From contig ONJM01000008.1 in NCBI GenBank assembly GCA_900318145.1, positions 19,388 through 83,387 on the forward strand: 64,000 nucleotides of DNA. Direction: 5' to 3'. The position numbers and the translations under genes are program-made. The notes beneath the pieces were generated by a model. It searched no databases. It was not told the DNA's origin and worked only from the letters and a program-made list of their open reading frames with translations. The stretch is from an uncultured Eubacteriales bacterium (lineage in GTDB: Bacteria > Bacillota > Clostridia > Christensenellales > Aristaeellaceae). Positions 18,537 to 28,853 of the stretch are shown here, piece by piece. Each line of letters starts with the position of its first letter. The stretch's first letter is position 1.

Positions 18537-20276
18537 TTACCGCGGATTATATTCCACCGTCTCCTGATAGGCTTTGTACGTCGTGGTGTGCAGCAGCTCC
18601 CGCCGGATCTCGCGGTCGCCCTGATACCAGATCTTCCAGGTATCCACCACGTACCCTTTCCGTCCGGTGACGGTCTTTTTGCTTTCACCCGGAGCCAGGC
18701 TCGTGTTCACCACATAATTGGTGCCCTCCGGCTGCGGCAGGGTGCGGGTCACTTCGCTCGCCAGGTCAATTTTGATGCCGGCGCCCAGGCTCATGCCGTA
18801 GATGTTCACCGTGACCTTCTGGTTGCTGTATCCGGCAACGATGAATACAGGCCAGTCCGTATTGTTCCTGAACTTGAAATCCAGCCCCGGCCAGTTCACC
18901 GTGGCGTCGAACCCTTTCTCAACATAATTGGAAGGCCAGGCGTGGGCGTTCCGCTCGATAATCTCCAGATCCGCCCGCACCACTGCGTTGAACAGCGTGG
19001 AACTCGTCTGGCAGACGCCTCCGCCGATTTCATCCTTGCTCTGTCCGCCGGAAATCGCCGCCGCTTCCTTGTACCCTTTCTCCGCGGTCCGCTCGCCGGT
19101 TGTTCCGTTGAAGGAGAAGATTTCTCCGGCGTTTACGGTCTTTCCGTTGATCGCCGCCGCGCTCAGCTGGATATTGTTGTTCCGGTTGCTGTTTTTTGTG
19201 GTGTTGGTGGTATAGGAGGAAATCAGGCCGAAACGGTTCATCAGCTCCGCCTTGGTCATTTCCGCCTCAATGCGTTCCGGCACCACCCGCACCGTGGAAT
19301 TGCTCACGCCGGTATCCAGCATCGTCGCCAGCCGGGAATACAGGTCCTCCGGATCAACCTTCGCGCCCGGACGGTCTTCCGTGAACGTAAAGGTCTTGGT
19401 GCTGAAGTTGAAGCTTTCCACCGTGCTGTTCACAGGTTTCCGGTCCACATAATTCACAATGCTGTCCGTCATGGTCCGCAGCGCCTGGTGGTCATAATCC
19501 TGTTTTGTCACATAGGTCTGCGGATAAGAGCGCATTTCCGATACCTGCTGTACCCGCTCCTCAAAGGGCGTCTTTCCGCTGCCCCGCACGGTATCCGTAT
19601 TGCTCCGGCCGTAAGCCCAGGCCTTCTCCACGGTCTCCCTGGTATTGCGGGAGATCGGGACGCGTTCATTGTTTACATGCCAGTATTCATTGCCGATGGA
19701 CACAACCAGGTCGAACTGCGCGTCAATATCCTCGTTGACCGCTTCCACCGCCCGCACCGCTTCGTCCCGGGTCATGCCGCCCACATGAATATTGTCAATA
19801 TAGACGCCCTGGTATATCCGGTCCGTGTAGATTTCCTGCCTGCACGCGTCGTGGATCTGTTCCTTTTCCTGATCCAGGGATATGATCGCGCCGTTCACGA
19901 ATCCGATATTCGGCAGAAACTTGTACCGCACGCCCGTCAGCTGGGGAACCATCAGCACGCCCAGGCCGAACAGGATCACCAGGCAGATCACAATCGTCGC
20001 GACCCAGCCGCCGTTGTAGTGTTTCGGGTCCTTTTTCCGGGCCCGGTTTTCCAGCTCCGGAATACTGCTGAACCGGTCGAAATCGTCAAACAGCGGAGAG
20101 GACGCGCCCAGGCCGTCATGCTCGTTCCGGGCGAAATAGCGGTTGCGCGGCTCCCGGGGATTCGGGGAAACCGGTTTCTTTTCCCCGGTTTCCTCCCGTT
20201 CCTCCGGGGGCGTGTACTTTTCAGGGATAATATCCCCGTCCCCCTCGTAGAGTTCGTATCTTTTCAGTCTCGCCAT
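18537..20276 (-). CDS. VanW family membrane protein (PG-binding_4 + VanW + G5; YoaR-like)
   Basis: One TM helix; FSFN.TTG, GGGVCQTSSTLFNA, DATV..PGLDFKFRNN; G5-like C-terminus. Confidence 0.88.
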   Translation of the reverse strand: MARLKRYELYEGDGDIIPEKYTPPEEREETGEKKPVSPNPREPRNRYFARNEHDGLGASSPLFDDFDRFSSIPELENRARKKDPKHYNGGWVATIVICLVILFGLGVLMVPQLTGVRYKFLPNIGFVNGAIISLDQEKEQIHDACRQEIYTDRIYQGVYIDNIHVGGMTRDEAVRAVEAVNEDIDAQFDLVVSIGNEYWHVNNERVPISRNTRETVEKAWAYGRSNTDTVRGSGKTPFEERVQQVSEMRSYPQTYVTKQDYDHQALRTMTDSIVNYVDRKPVNSTVESFNFSTKTFTFTEDRPGAKVDPEDLYSRLATMLDTGVSNSTVRVVPERIEAEMTKAELMNRFGLISSYTTNTTKNSNRNNNIQLSAAAINGKTVNAGEIFSFNGTTGERTAEKGYKEAAAISGGQSKDEIGGGVCQTSSTLFNAVVRADLEIIERNAHAWPSNYVEKGFDATVNWPGLDFKFRNNTDWPVFIVAGYSNQKVTVNIYGMSLGAGIKIDLASEVTRTLPQPEGTNYVVNTSLAPGESKKTVTGRKGYVVDTWKIWYQGDREIRRELLHTTTYKAYQETVEYNPR

Positions 20277-20286
20277 ACCGTTCCCC

Positions 20287-21516
20287 TTATTTCCGGTGGT
20301 TCCGGACCGGTCCGCGCAGCAGATCCCCCGCTTCGCAGGAGGGCAGATCCATCAGTATCGTTTCGCCCGCTATCCCCAGCGTCTCCAGTTCCTCCCCTGT
20401 TTTTTCACGGATCAGGGCGGACGCTGTGACCTCCCGGATACCGTTCCGGGTCATCAGTTCAAGTGTTTCGCCCGCAAAAAAGCGATTTTTCAGTTCAAGC
20501 CTTGTTTTTCCGGTTTTTTCGTCCCGCCCCAGCACCCGCGCGGTATACTCCCGCTCCTGGTGGAAACCTTCCGCTTCCCCGGGAACCTCCGGCTGCCCCA
20601 GCAGAAATCCCGTATCGCTGTCCCGGTGGCTGGCGCTCCGCAGCTCCCGCATCAGTTCCGGCAGCGCGCTGTCAAACGCCTCCCGGCTTTCCGCCAGCAG
20701 ATCCAGCGCCCGCCGGTACGCGCCGGTTACAACCGCCACATAGTATTCGCCCTTCATCCGGCCTTCGATCTTCAGGCTGGAAACGCCTGCTTCGCACAGC
20801 TCCGGCAGAATCGGCATCAGGCACAGATCCCTTGCGGAAAACAGGTATGTTCCGCGTTCGTCTTCCGCCACGGGAAAGTATTCGCCCGGCCGTTTTTCCT
20901 CCATCACGGCGTACTGCCATCTGCAGGGCTGGGCGCATTCGCCGCGGTTGCCGCTGCGGCCGGTCAGATAGGCCGAAAGCATGCACCGGCCGGAATACGC
21001 CATGCAGCTGGCGCCGTGTACAAAGGTTTCCAGCTGGATGCTGTCCCCCAGCTTCTTCCTCATCGCGCGGATCCGTTCCAGGCTGACCTCCCTTGCCAGG
21101 ATCACCCGCTCGCAGCCCATTTCCCTGTACATTTCAGCGGCGGGGGTATTCACCGTGTTCGCCTGTGTGCTGACATGCACCGCAAGCCCGGGAACTTCCC
21201 TGCGCAGCAGGCGGATCGCGCCCGGATCGCTGACAATCGCCGCGTCCGCGCCGGCGGCTTCCGCTTCCCGCGCCGCGGCGGCAAATCCTTCCAGCTCATC
21301 GTCGAAAGGATAGATATTCATCGTCACATAGAAACGGGCGCCGGCTTCATGCGTCCGGCGCACAGCGTCCCGCAGGCCTTCCGTGTCAAAGTTCCCCGCG
21401 AAAGCCCGCAGCCCGTAGCGTTTCATTCCGCCGTATACGGCGTCCGCGCCGAAATGCAGCGCCGCCTCCAGTGATTCACGGCTTCCCGCCGGGCACAGCA
21501 GCTCCGGCTTTTTCAT
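20287..21516 (-). CDS. U32 family protein (TrhP-like tRNA hydroxylation protein)
   Basis: ELLCPAG, HVSTQAN, FVHGASCMAYSGRC, NRGECAQPCR, LKIEGRMK. Confidence 0.9.
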   Translation of the reverse strand: MKKPELLCPAGSRESLEAALHFGADAVYGGMKRYGLRAFAGNFDTEGLRDAVRRTHEAGARFYVTMNIYPFDDELEGFAAAAREAEAAGADAAIVSDPGAIRLLRREVPGLAVHVSTQANTVNTPAAEMYREMGCERVILAREVSLERIRAMRKKLGDSIQLETFVHGASCMAYSGRCMLSAYLTGRSGNRGECAQPCRWQYAVMEEKRPGEYFPVAEDERGTYLFSARDLCLMPILPELCEAGVSSLKIEGRMKGEYYVAVVTGAYRRALDLLAESREAFDSALPELMRELRSASHRDSDTGFLLGQPEVPGEAEGFHQEREYTARVLGRDEKTGKTRLELKNRFFAGETLELMTRNGIREVTASALIREKTGEELETLGIAGETILMDLPSCEAGDLLRGPVRNHRK

Positions 21517-22697
21517 TGCTCAATCCCTCTGTCCTGATCGTACTGCTTCCACAGCGGCGCGTAGACCGCCACCGCGCGCTCATGCTCCTCCAGTGTCCTG
21601 GAGAAATAGAGTTCTCCGCTCTCCGGCTCCTTCGCGCAGAAGAACAGGTATTTTTCCGAGATCATCATGGAATCCGGATACAGCGCGGCCTTGATAGCCG
21701 CGGGGGACGGATTGCAGATGGGGCCCGGCGGCAGTCCTCTGTACAGATAGGTATTGTACGCGTTCTGCTGGTTCAGGTCCTGTTCGGACAGCGACATTCT
21801 GCGCACGCCAGTGATATAGTGGATCGTCACGTCGCTCTGCAGCATCATTCCGGATTTCAGCCGGTTATGGAACACCGCGCTGACCCGGGCGAAGTCACCT
21901 TCCTTGGCTTCCTTCTCGATCATGCTGGCCAGGGTCAGCACCTGGTCCATGGTCATACCCAGCGTTTCCGCCCGGTCCATGTATTCCTCCGGGAAAACCG
22001 CTTCCGTCTGGCTCAGCAGTTTCCGGATCATCTCCTCTTCCGTCGCGCTGGTATAGACCTCATAGGTATTCGGGGCCAGGTATCCTTCCAGCACATACTT
22101 CCGCGCCTGGGCATTTCCCCCGGCCAGCACGTCCGCGATGTAGTAATAATCACTGAATTCCGTACCGGTCCGGCAAAGCTCCAGGAAATGGTCCGGGCTG
22201 TCCAGCGCACCGGTCTTCACAAGTTTCGCGGCGAAATCCTCCACGGTCTCACCCGGAATCAGCGTAATGTTCCGCACCAGCGGATTTCCGTCGCCGGCGG
22301 TCAGGCGCTCCGCGATTTCCGTCATGGTCATATCTTTCCGCAGCGCGTAAGTGCCGACCTGAATCTTCTGGCCCATGCCGGCGAAATCGCAGTAATACTT
22401 GAAAACCGTCCTGCTGCGGATCAGCCCCGCCGCTTCCAGGTTGGAAGCAACCCGGTTCAGGCTCTGCCCGGAAGTGATCTCAAACGTGTATTCAGCGCTG
22501 TCCTCAGTATCCGCGGGCGCGGCAAACTCACCGTACAGTTTGTTCCATACGGTCATGCAGATCCCGACCACCAGCACCAGCACCGTTATGGCCACGAGCA
22601 CCGGCCGCAGCGCCTTCCACAGTGCGCTGTACCAGAAAAACCCGTACTGCCGCTCATCCCGGATGCTTCGGTACGTATACTCTTTCCCGTCGTTCAA
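21513..22697 (-). CDS. mltG: Endolytic transglycosylase MltG
   Basis: LEGYLAPNTY, LASMIEKE, VFHNRL, LQSD.T, YNTY...GLPPGPICNP. Confidence 0.93.
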   Translation of the reverse strand: MNDGKEYTYRSIRDERQYGFFWYSALWKALRPVLVAITVLVLVVGICMTVWNKLYGEFAAPADTEDSAEYTFEITSGQSLNRVASNLEAAGLIRSRTVFKYYCDFAGMGQKIQVGTYALRKDMTMTEIAERLTAGDGNPLVRNITLIPGETVEDFAAKLVKTGALDSPDHFLELCRTGTEFSDYYYIADVLAGGNAQARKYVLEGYLAPNTYEVYTSATEEEMIRKLLSQTEAVFPEEYMDRAETLGMTMDQVLTLASMIEKEAKEGDFARVSAVFHNRLKSGMMLQSDVTIHYITGVRRMSLSEQDLNQQNAYNTYLYRGLPPGPICNPSPAAIKAALYPDSMMISEKYLFFCAKEPESGELYFSRTLEEHERAVAVYAPLWKQYDQDRGIEQ

Positions 22698-22700
22698 TGC

Positions 22701-23051
22701 TTACCCCTCTAAGCCCGGAATGCCCAGCTCCACGTCAGCCGCTTCCGTAACAATTTTGAAAATGTCCGCCATCGCCTGCTGCAGCCGCATCTCCGCCATC
22801 AGGAAATTGCTCACTTCCTGCTTGGAAAACAGCAGCGTGGAGATGCCGGAAAAGCGCTGCATGGTCTCCGCGTCCGCGCTCTGCCCGCTGACGGCGGACA
22901 TCTGCAGCGTCACCTGCAGTTTCCGGTATTCCCGGATCAGGGCGGCTGTCGTCTCTTCCCCCATCACGGATTCCTTCAGCGCGTGATAGGTTTTGTATTC
23001 CTCGCTTTCGCGGATATCCTTCGCCAGCCTGTATGCCGATGCGTAGTCCAC
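22701..23051 (-). CDS. YlbF/YmcA (Com_YlbF) family regulator
   Basis: AYRLAKDIRESEEY N-terminus, FLMAEMRL; 116 aa. Confidence 0.82.
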   Translation of the reverse strand: MDYASAYRLAKDIRESEEYKTYHALKESVMGEETTAALIREYRKLQVTLQMSAVSGQSADAETMQRFSGISTLLFSKQEVSNFLMAEMRLQQAMADIFKIVTEAADVELGIPGLEG

Positions 23052-23150
23052 AGCTTCGCCCTCCTCACAGAAAAAAACGGTCAGAAAGGGGATTTTCTTC
23101 CCTTTCCGACCTGTATTATACCGATTTTTGCTGTTTTCCGCAACGCTGCC

Positions 23151-24830
23151 TCAGACGTCGAGAATAATGGGCAGGATCATCGGATTCCGCTTGATCCTGT
23201 CAAAAATAAACTGATGCACCTCGTCCTTGATGATATTCTTCAGATCCGGCCAGTCCTCGCCCGCCAGGCTGCTGCTCGCCAGGATCTCGCGCACAAGGTT
23301 CTGGGTCTCGTCGATAATATCCTCGTTCTCCTTGACGTAGATGAAGCCGCGGCTGACAATGTCCGGCCCGCTGACGATCTTCTGTTCGTCGCGGTTGATG
23401 GCGATCGCCACGATCACCAGGCCGTCCTGACTCAGGTGCTTCCGGTCCCGCAGCACGACGTTCCCGACGTCGCCCACGCCCAGGCCGTCCACCAGCACGC
23501 CGCCCACCGGCACCTGCTCGCCCAGTGCCAGCACATCCTGGTTCATTTCGATCACCTGGCCCAGTTCCGGAATCACGATGTTCTGGCTCGGAATGCCCAT
23601 GGATTCCGCCAGAATCGCGTGCTGCCACATCATCCGGTATTCGCCGTGTACGGGAATGAAGTATTTCGGCCGGATCAGGGAATGCAGCAGCTTCAGCTCC
23701 TCCTGGCAGGCGTGGCCGGAAACGTGCACCTCCGCCATCGCGCTGTATACGACCTGCGCGCCCAGCCGGTACAGCTGGTTGATGACCCTGGAGATGAATT
23801 TTTCATTTCCGGGAATCGGCGTGGCCGAAATGATCACCATGTCGCTCTGTCGGATCTGGAGTTTCCGGTGTTCCGCGTATGCCATCCGCGTCAGGCCGGC
23901 CATGGGCTCGCCCTGGCTGCCGGTGGTCATCACCAGGATCTCGTTGTCCGGATACTGGTCCAGCACGTCCATATCGATGAGGTATCCCTCGGGAATCTGA
24001 AGCTCACCGATGCTCATCGCGACGCGGCTGACGTTCACCATGCTGCGCCCGATGAAACATACGCGCCGGCCGTACCGGATCGCGCTGTCGATGATCATCT
24101 GCATCCGGTGGATATTGCTGGCGAACATGGCGACGATCACACGGCCTTCCGCCTGCGCGAACATCTTCTCAAAGGTCTCGCCGACCTTCAGCTCGCTCAT
24201 CGTGTATCCGGACCGTTCCACGTTCGTGGATTCGCAGAGGAACGCCAGCACGCCCCTCTCCCCGTATCGGGCAAAGGTCTGCAGGTCCGTCACCTGCCCG
24301 TCGATGGGTGTATAGTCCACCTTGAAGTCGCCGCTGCAGATCACCGTGCCCGCCGGGCAGGTAATGGCAATGGCGCAGGCTCCCGCGATGGAATGGCTCA
24401 CATGAATGAACTGGCAGCTGAACTGCCCCAGCTGGACCGTGTCCCTGGGCTGGACTACATGCATCGGAATCCCTTCCACCCGGTACTCCTTCAGCTTCAG
24501 GTCCACCAGCGCCATCGTCAGTTTTGTCCCGTAGATATGGGCCGGCGCCTGTTTCAGGATGTATGGCGTCGCGCCGATATGGTCTTCGTGTCCGTGTGTG
24601 AAAAGATATCCGCGGATATGATCCCGTTTCCCCATCAGGTAGGTGATATCCGGAATTACCAGGTCGACGCCCAGCATATCCTCCTTCGGGAATACGCTGC
24701 CGCAGTCCACAATGACAATGTCGTCCTCATACTCGAAGACGTACATATTTTTTCCGATCTCGTCCACACCGCCGAGGGAAACAATTCGAAGCCGGCTGAT
24801 CTCCTTTTCCTTCTGAACTTTTGTGCTCAC
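23151..24830 (-). CDS. rnj: Ribonuclease J
   Basis: LGGVDEIGKNM, THGHEDHIG, TGSQGEPMA, HVSGHA, PVHGEYR. Confidence 0.96.
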   Translation of the reverse strand: MSTKVQKEKEISRLRIVSLGGVDEIGKNMYVFEYEDDIVIVDCGSVFPKEDMLGVDLVIPDITYLMGKRDHIRGYLFTHGHEDHIGATPYILKQAPAHIYGTKLTMALVDLKLKEYRVEGIPMHVVQPRDTVQLGQFSCQFIHVSHSIAGACAIAITCPAGTVICSGDFKVDYTPIDGQVTDLQTFARYGERGVLAFLCESTNVERSGYTMSELKVGETFEKMFAQAEGRVIVAMFASNIHRMQMIIDSAIRYGRRVCFIGRSMVNVSRVAMSIGELQIPEGYLIDMDVLDQYPDNEILVMTTGSQGEPMAGLTRMAYAEHRKLQIRQSDMVIISATPIPGNEKFISRVINQLYRLGAQVVYSAMAEVHVSGHACQEELKLLHSLIRPKYFIPVHGEYRMMWQHAILAESMGIPSQNIVIPELGQVIEMNQDVLALGEQVPVGGVLVDGLGVGDVGNVVLRDRKHLSQDGLVIVAIAINRDEQKIVSGPDIVSRGFIYVKENEDIIDETQNLVREILASSSLAGEDWPDLKNIIKDEVHQFIFDRIKRNPMILPIILDV

Positions 24831-25067
24831 TATTTTCGCCTTTCATCTGCACATGTACGACCGGGGAAGCACAGGTTTCCAATCCCGCGTTTTCCCGGGT
24901 CGCTCTATGAAACTTACACTTAATAGGAGTATAGCATGTTTTTCCTTTTTTCGCTACCCTGTTTCCCCGGGAAAATTGTTACGAAAAAATAAAATCAGAA
25001 AAAGGAGCGGCCGCTTTGAACCGCTCCTGAATTGCCTGGTGCTGCGCCGGGCGTTCGCCCGTCCGGC

Positions 25068-26288
25068 TCAGCCGTTTCCTTCGTCCTCCTCAAGGGAGTT
25101 TACCGGAACCCATACCCGCCGGTATTGTCCCCTGCTTCCGTCATAGTATTCAAACTGCGCGTACAGTCCTTCATATGCCCATACGGTTCCGGATGTTCCG
25201 GCCGGAATCTGGTCGTTGTACATGGAATAGCCGTATCCCGGCCCCCAGTACGGATAGACGGAACAGGTCAGCTTCGCGACCTCCTGCGGTTCCTCCGTCC
25301 GCACCATGTCCGCGCTCATCTCCAGCCGTTTCACGCCGGTGTAGACCCTGCGCTGCTCGTTCAGGTAGGTCAGCTCCACCTGGATCCACCAGATCCCGTT
25401 CTTGCTGTCGTACGCGGCGGAAAGGGCTCTGACCCACGTTCCCTGCTGGAAATAGGACCCCAGCTCCGTGTAGTCCGTTCCGGGGCCGGAACGGGTTGCC
25501 AGCCGTTCCTTTGTGAGCACCTGAATACCGGCGTTTGGATTGGCTGTCGGGCCCATCGTCGGCCGGGGCGTTGCGGTCGGAATCAGTGTCGGTGCCCAGG
25601 GCTGCGGCGTCGGTGTCCATACCGGATAGGGATAATACCCGCCGCCGTTGAAGATGTTCGGTCCGTACAGTTCCTCCGGCGTCGCCGACAGGAACACCAT
25701 ATCCGCGATCCGCATTTCGTACTTCTTGTTGCCTTCTCCCTGGTACCAGCCCTTGATGAACAGGTCCACCCGGGTCACGTTGTCGTACCGCATCGGCAGT
25801 GACAGCCGCTGGTATCCGTCAATCCAGTTCTGGTTGAACAGCGTGGTATCGATGGAATCCTGCAGTTTAAAGCGCGGAATCACATAAGCGGTATCCCCGC
25901 ACCAGACGGTCATATCCAGAATCATGATCCGGGCGTATTCGGTGTAATACTCAGAATCCCACCCGTTCCGGATCCACAGGTCCCGGATGCTCGCTCCGTT
26001 GAAATAGAAGGAGATATCCGGAATATCGTCCAGCGCCTCCGTATTCCAGCCCATAAAGCCCATGGACGTGCTCCAGTTGCCGTCCAGCGCGTACTGAATC
26101 CCCCAGCCGATCGGCGCACCGTTATGCTGCTGTACTTCCCAGTTGCTGTTGGGCATAACGCGGTCCAGCCAGATATTCACCGGAGCGACGGAATAGCCGG
26201 AATACGCTCCGTCCGCGCCGGCCGCGGAACATACGGAGCACAGGACGCAGAGCGCAGCCGCAATGCACAGAATCTTCCTGATCTTCAT
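25068..26288 (-). CDS. Secreted modular protein: discoidin/glycan-binding-like domain, Pro/Thr linker, SH3-like domains
   Basis: Start MKIRKIL (26288) with signal peptide; ALDGNWST...WIRNG; PTPTPQP linker; LATRSGPGTDY. Confidence 0.7.
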   Translation of the reverse strand: MKIRKILCIAAALCVLCSVCSAAGADGAYSGYSVAPVNIWLDRVMPNSNWEVQQHNGAPIGWGIQYALDGNWSTSMGFMGWNTEALDDIPDISFYFNGASIRDLWIRNGWDSEYYTEYARIMILDMTVWCGDTAYVIPRFKLQDSIDTTLFNQNWIDGYQRLSLPMRYDNVTRVDLFIKGWYQGEGNKKYEMRIADMVFLSATPEELYGPNIFNGGGYYPYPVWTPTPQPWAPTLIPTATPRPTMGPTANPNAGIQVLTKERLATRSGPGTDYTELGSYFQQGTWVRALSAAYDSKNGIWWIQVELTYLNEQRRVYTGVKRLEMSADMVRTEEPQEVAKLTCSVYPYWGPGYGYSMYNDQIPAGTSGTVWAYEGLYAQFEYYDGSRGQYRRVWVPVNSLEEDEGNG

Positions 26289-26368
26289 ATTTCTTCCCCC
26301 TTTGCCTATAAAACGGGAAAAACAGGCCTTCCCTTCCCGTCTTCCCTGAAAAACAATACGTTTTGATG

Positions 26369-26400
26369 TCTCCGTGCCATCCTGAACACGGCAAGGCATC
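26369..26400 (+). repeat. REP-like dispersed repeat, copy 4
   Basis: TCCGTGCCATCCTGAACACGGCAAGGCATC. Confidence 0.6.
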
Positions 26401-26416
26401 ACACCGGCCGCCGGCC

Positions 26417-28714
26417 TCACAGCAGCGCCCGCTGGATCTTCCCGCTCACGGTCTTGGGCAGCTCGTCCCGGAAAACAACGATCCGGGGATACTTGTACGG
26501 CGCGGTATGCTGCTTGACGTAGTTCTGGATTTCCTTCTTCAGTTCCTCCGTCGGTTCCGTTCCCTTCGTCAGCACGATGCTCGCCTTGACCACCTGGCCG
26601 CGCACCTCGTCCGGCGCGGCGCTGACACCGCACTCCAGCACATAGGGCAGCTCCATGATCACGCTCTCGATCTCGAACGGCCCGATCCGGTAGCCGCTGG
26701 ATTTGATCACGTCGTCCGCCCGGCCCACGTACCAGTAGAAGCCGTCCTCGTCGCACCATGCCAGATCGCCGGTATGGTACCAGCCGTCGTGCATAACCTC
26801 GTTCGTCTTTTCCTCGTCCCGGTAATACATCCGGAACAGGCCGATCGGAATGCCGTTGGAGATATCCACGCAGATCTCGCCTGTCGTACCGGCGGGCACA
26901 GGATTGCCTTCCGGACTCAGCAGCGCGACGTTGTAGATCGGCGCGACTTTGCCCATGGAACCAAGCTTGTGGTCCGCGCCGGCCAGGTTGCCGATGATCA
27001 TGGTACTCTCCGTCTGGCCGAAGCCTTCCATCACCTGCAGCCCGGTCTGCTTCTCGATCTGGCGGAAAACCTCCGGGTTCAGCGCTTCGCCGGCGCTGGA
27101 CGCATGGGTCACGGAACTCAGGTCGTATCTGCTCAGATCCTGCTTGATCAGCATCCGGTACATCGTGGGCGGCGCGCAGAAGGTGGTGATATGGTACTTC
27201 GCGAACAGCGGCAGGATATCCGCCGCGTCAAAGCGGTCAAAGTCGTATACGAAAATGGCGGCTTCGCACAGCCACTGGCCGTAGATCTTGCCCCATCCAG
27301 CCTTTGCCCATCCGGTGTCGGAAATCGTCAGGTGCAGCCCGTTCGGATTCACGCAGTGCCAGTACTTGGCGGTGTGCAGGTGTCCCAGGGGATGCTTGTA
27401 GCTGTGGGCGGCGATCTTCGGATAGCCCGTGGTGCCGGAGGTGAAATACATCAGCATCAGATCGTCGCCGCAGGGCGTTTCATCCGTCCGTTTGAAATGG
27501 GTGGAATACATCTGGTATTCCTCGTCGAAGTTTTTCCAGCCTTCCCGCTCCCCGTTCACGATCAGCTTCAGCTCCAGGCTCGGGGCGTTCTTCGCGGCCA
27601 GCTCCGCCTGGTGCGCGGTGTCCCCGTCCGCGGTGCAGATGATCGCCTTCACGCCGGCGGCGTTGAAGCGGTATTCAAAGTCGTGCTCCTGCAGCTGGGC
27701 CACAGCCGGGATCGCGACGGCGCCGATCTTCTCCAGGGCCAGGATCGCGAACCAGAACTGGTAGTGCCGTTTCAGCACCAGCATCACCCGGTCGCCCTTT
27801 TTGATGCCCAGGGATTTGAAATAGTTCGCGCAGCGGTTGGACGCGCGCTTCATATCGTTGAAGGTGAACCGGTGCTCGTTCTTTTCCCGGTCCAGGTGCA
27901 GCATCGCGAGCTTGTTCGGCACTTCCTCCGCGATCGCGTCGATAACGTCGAAGGCGAAGTTGAACTTCTCGGTGTTCTTGAAAGTGATTTTCACGGGCGT
28001 GCCGTTCTCATCCTTTTCCACATCCGCGTAGCGGTGCCACACGCGGGTGCGGCCCTGCTCCGCCGGGAATTCCTGCAGGGCTGTGCCGGGCATGGCCTTC
28101 TCCGGCGTCAGCTCGGGAATCGGCGCGCCGGTGGGATTCAGGACAATCGCGTAGAACAGGCAGTCCTTGCCGCCCACGGCGATCATCCCGTGAGGCGTGC
28201 CGGAATCGTAGTAGATGCTGTCCCCGGGATTCAGGATGCTGATGTGTTCCCCCACCTGCACCTTCAGGCTTCCGTCGATAACGATATCGCACTCCTGCCC
28301 CTCGTGGGTGGTCAGCTTAATGTCTTCCTTCTCCGCTTCCGCGCTGTAGGCCGCCTGTACGTACAGAGGCTCCGCGATCCGGTTCCGGAAGGAGGCCGCC
28401 ATGTTATAGTAGACCATGTCGTGCGCTTCCTCGATCCGCTGCCCTTCGCCCTTCCGGGTTACGGTAAAGGAGTTCAGGTTCGGGCTGGAACCTTCGATGA
28501 TGTCCCCGACGTCGACGCCGAACGCCAGCGCGCAGCGGTACAGGAACGCGAAGTTCAGGTCGCTCCGGCCCATTTCGCATTCAATATATTCCTGTTCGCT
28601 GACGCCCGTCTTTGTCGCCATCTCCGCGATGGTGAAGTTCTCGATCTCCCGCAGTTCGCGGATCCGGTGCGCCATCTCCTGAATCTTGTAGTTCAGTCCG
28701 GTCATCTGTGCCAT
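26417..28714 (-). CDS. XRE-HTH/cupin regulator fused to medium/branched-chain acyl-CoA synthetase (AAE_MA/ACSM type)
   Basis: Residues ~1-190: HTH (RIRELR...IAEMA.KTGVS) and cupin (HEGQE...GDSIYYDSGTPH). Then YFTSGTTGYPK, SDTGWAK, EGFGQTE, YHTGD, GRADD, KTVSGKIQR. Confidence 0.9.
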   Translation of the reverse strand: MAQMTGLNYKIQEMAHRIRELREIENFTIAEMATKTGVSEQEYIECEMGRSDLNFAFLYRCALAFGVDVGDIIEGSSPNLNSFTVTRKGEGQRIEEAHDMVYYNMAASFRNRIAEPLYVQAAYSAEAEKEDIKLTTHEGQECDIVIDGSLKVQVGEHISILNPGDSIYYDSGTPHGMIAVGGKDCLFYAIVLNPTGAPIPELTPEKAMPGTALQEFPAEQGRTRVWHRYADVEKDENGTPVKITFKNTEKFNFAFDVIDAIAEEVPNKLAMLHLDREKNEHRFTFNDMKRASNRCANYFKSLGIKKGDRVMLVLKRHYQFWFAILALEKIGAVAIPAVAQLQEHDFEYRFNAAGVKAIICTADGDTAHQAELAAKNAPSLELKLIVNGEREGWKNFDEEYQMYSTHFKRTDETPCGDDLMLMYFTSGTTGYPKIAAHSYKHPLGHLHTAKYWHCVNPNGLHLTISDTGWAKAGWGKIYGQWLCEAAIFVYDFDRFDAADILPLFAKYHITTFCAPPTMYRMLIKQDLSRYDLSSVTHASSAGEALNPEVFRQIEKQTGLQVMEGFGQTESTMIIGNLAGADHKLGSMGKVAPIYNVALLSPEGNPVPAGTTGEICVDISNGIPIGLFRMYYRDEEKTNEVMHDGWYHTGDLAWCDEDGFYWYVGRADDVIKSSGYRIGPFEIESVIMELPYVLECGVSAAPDEVRGQVVKASIVLTKGTEPTEELKKEIQNYVKQHTAPYKYPRIVVFRDELPKTVSGKIQRALL

Positions 28715-28853
28715 GGTCTTTCTCCCTTTCTCTGTCCGCGGCAGAATGCTCAGTCCGCAATTTCTTCAGGCCGTTGGGATCCGGAGGCTTCCAAAGGGCG
28801 CTTATACCGCCGGCTTCGGAAAAACTGATCCCGGAAAGTCCTTTGGGCTGACG

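Noticed and set aside
26289-26759. N-terminal extension of the 563-aa ORF 25068-26759
   Set aside because: Overlaps the acyl-CoA synthetase in another frame; the SD and signal peptide point to a start at 26288.
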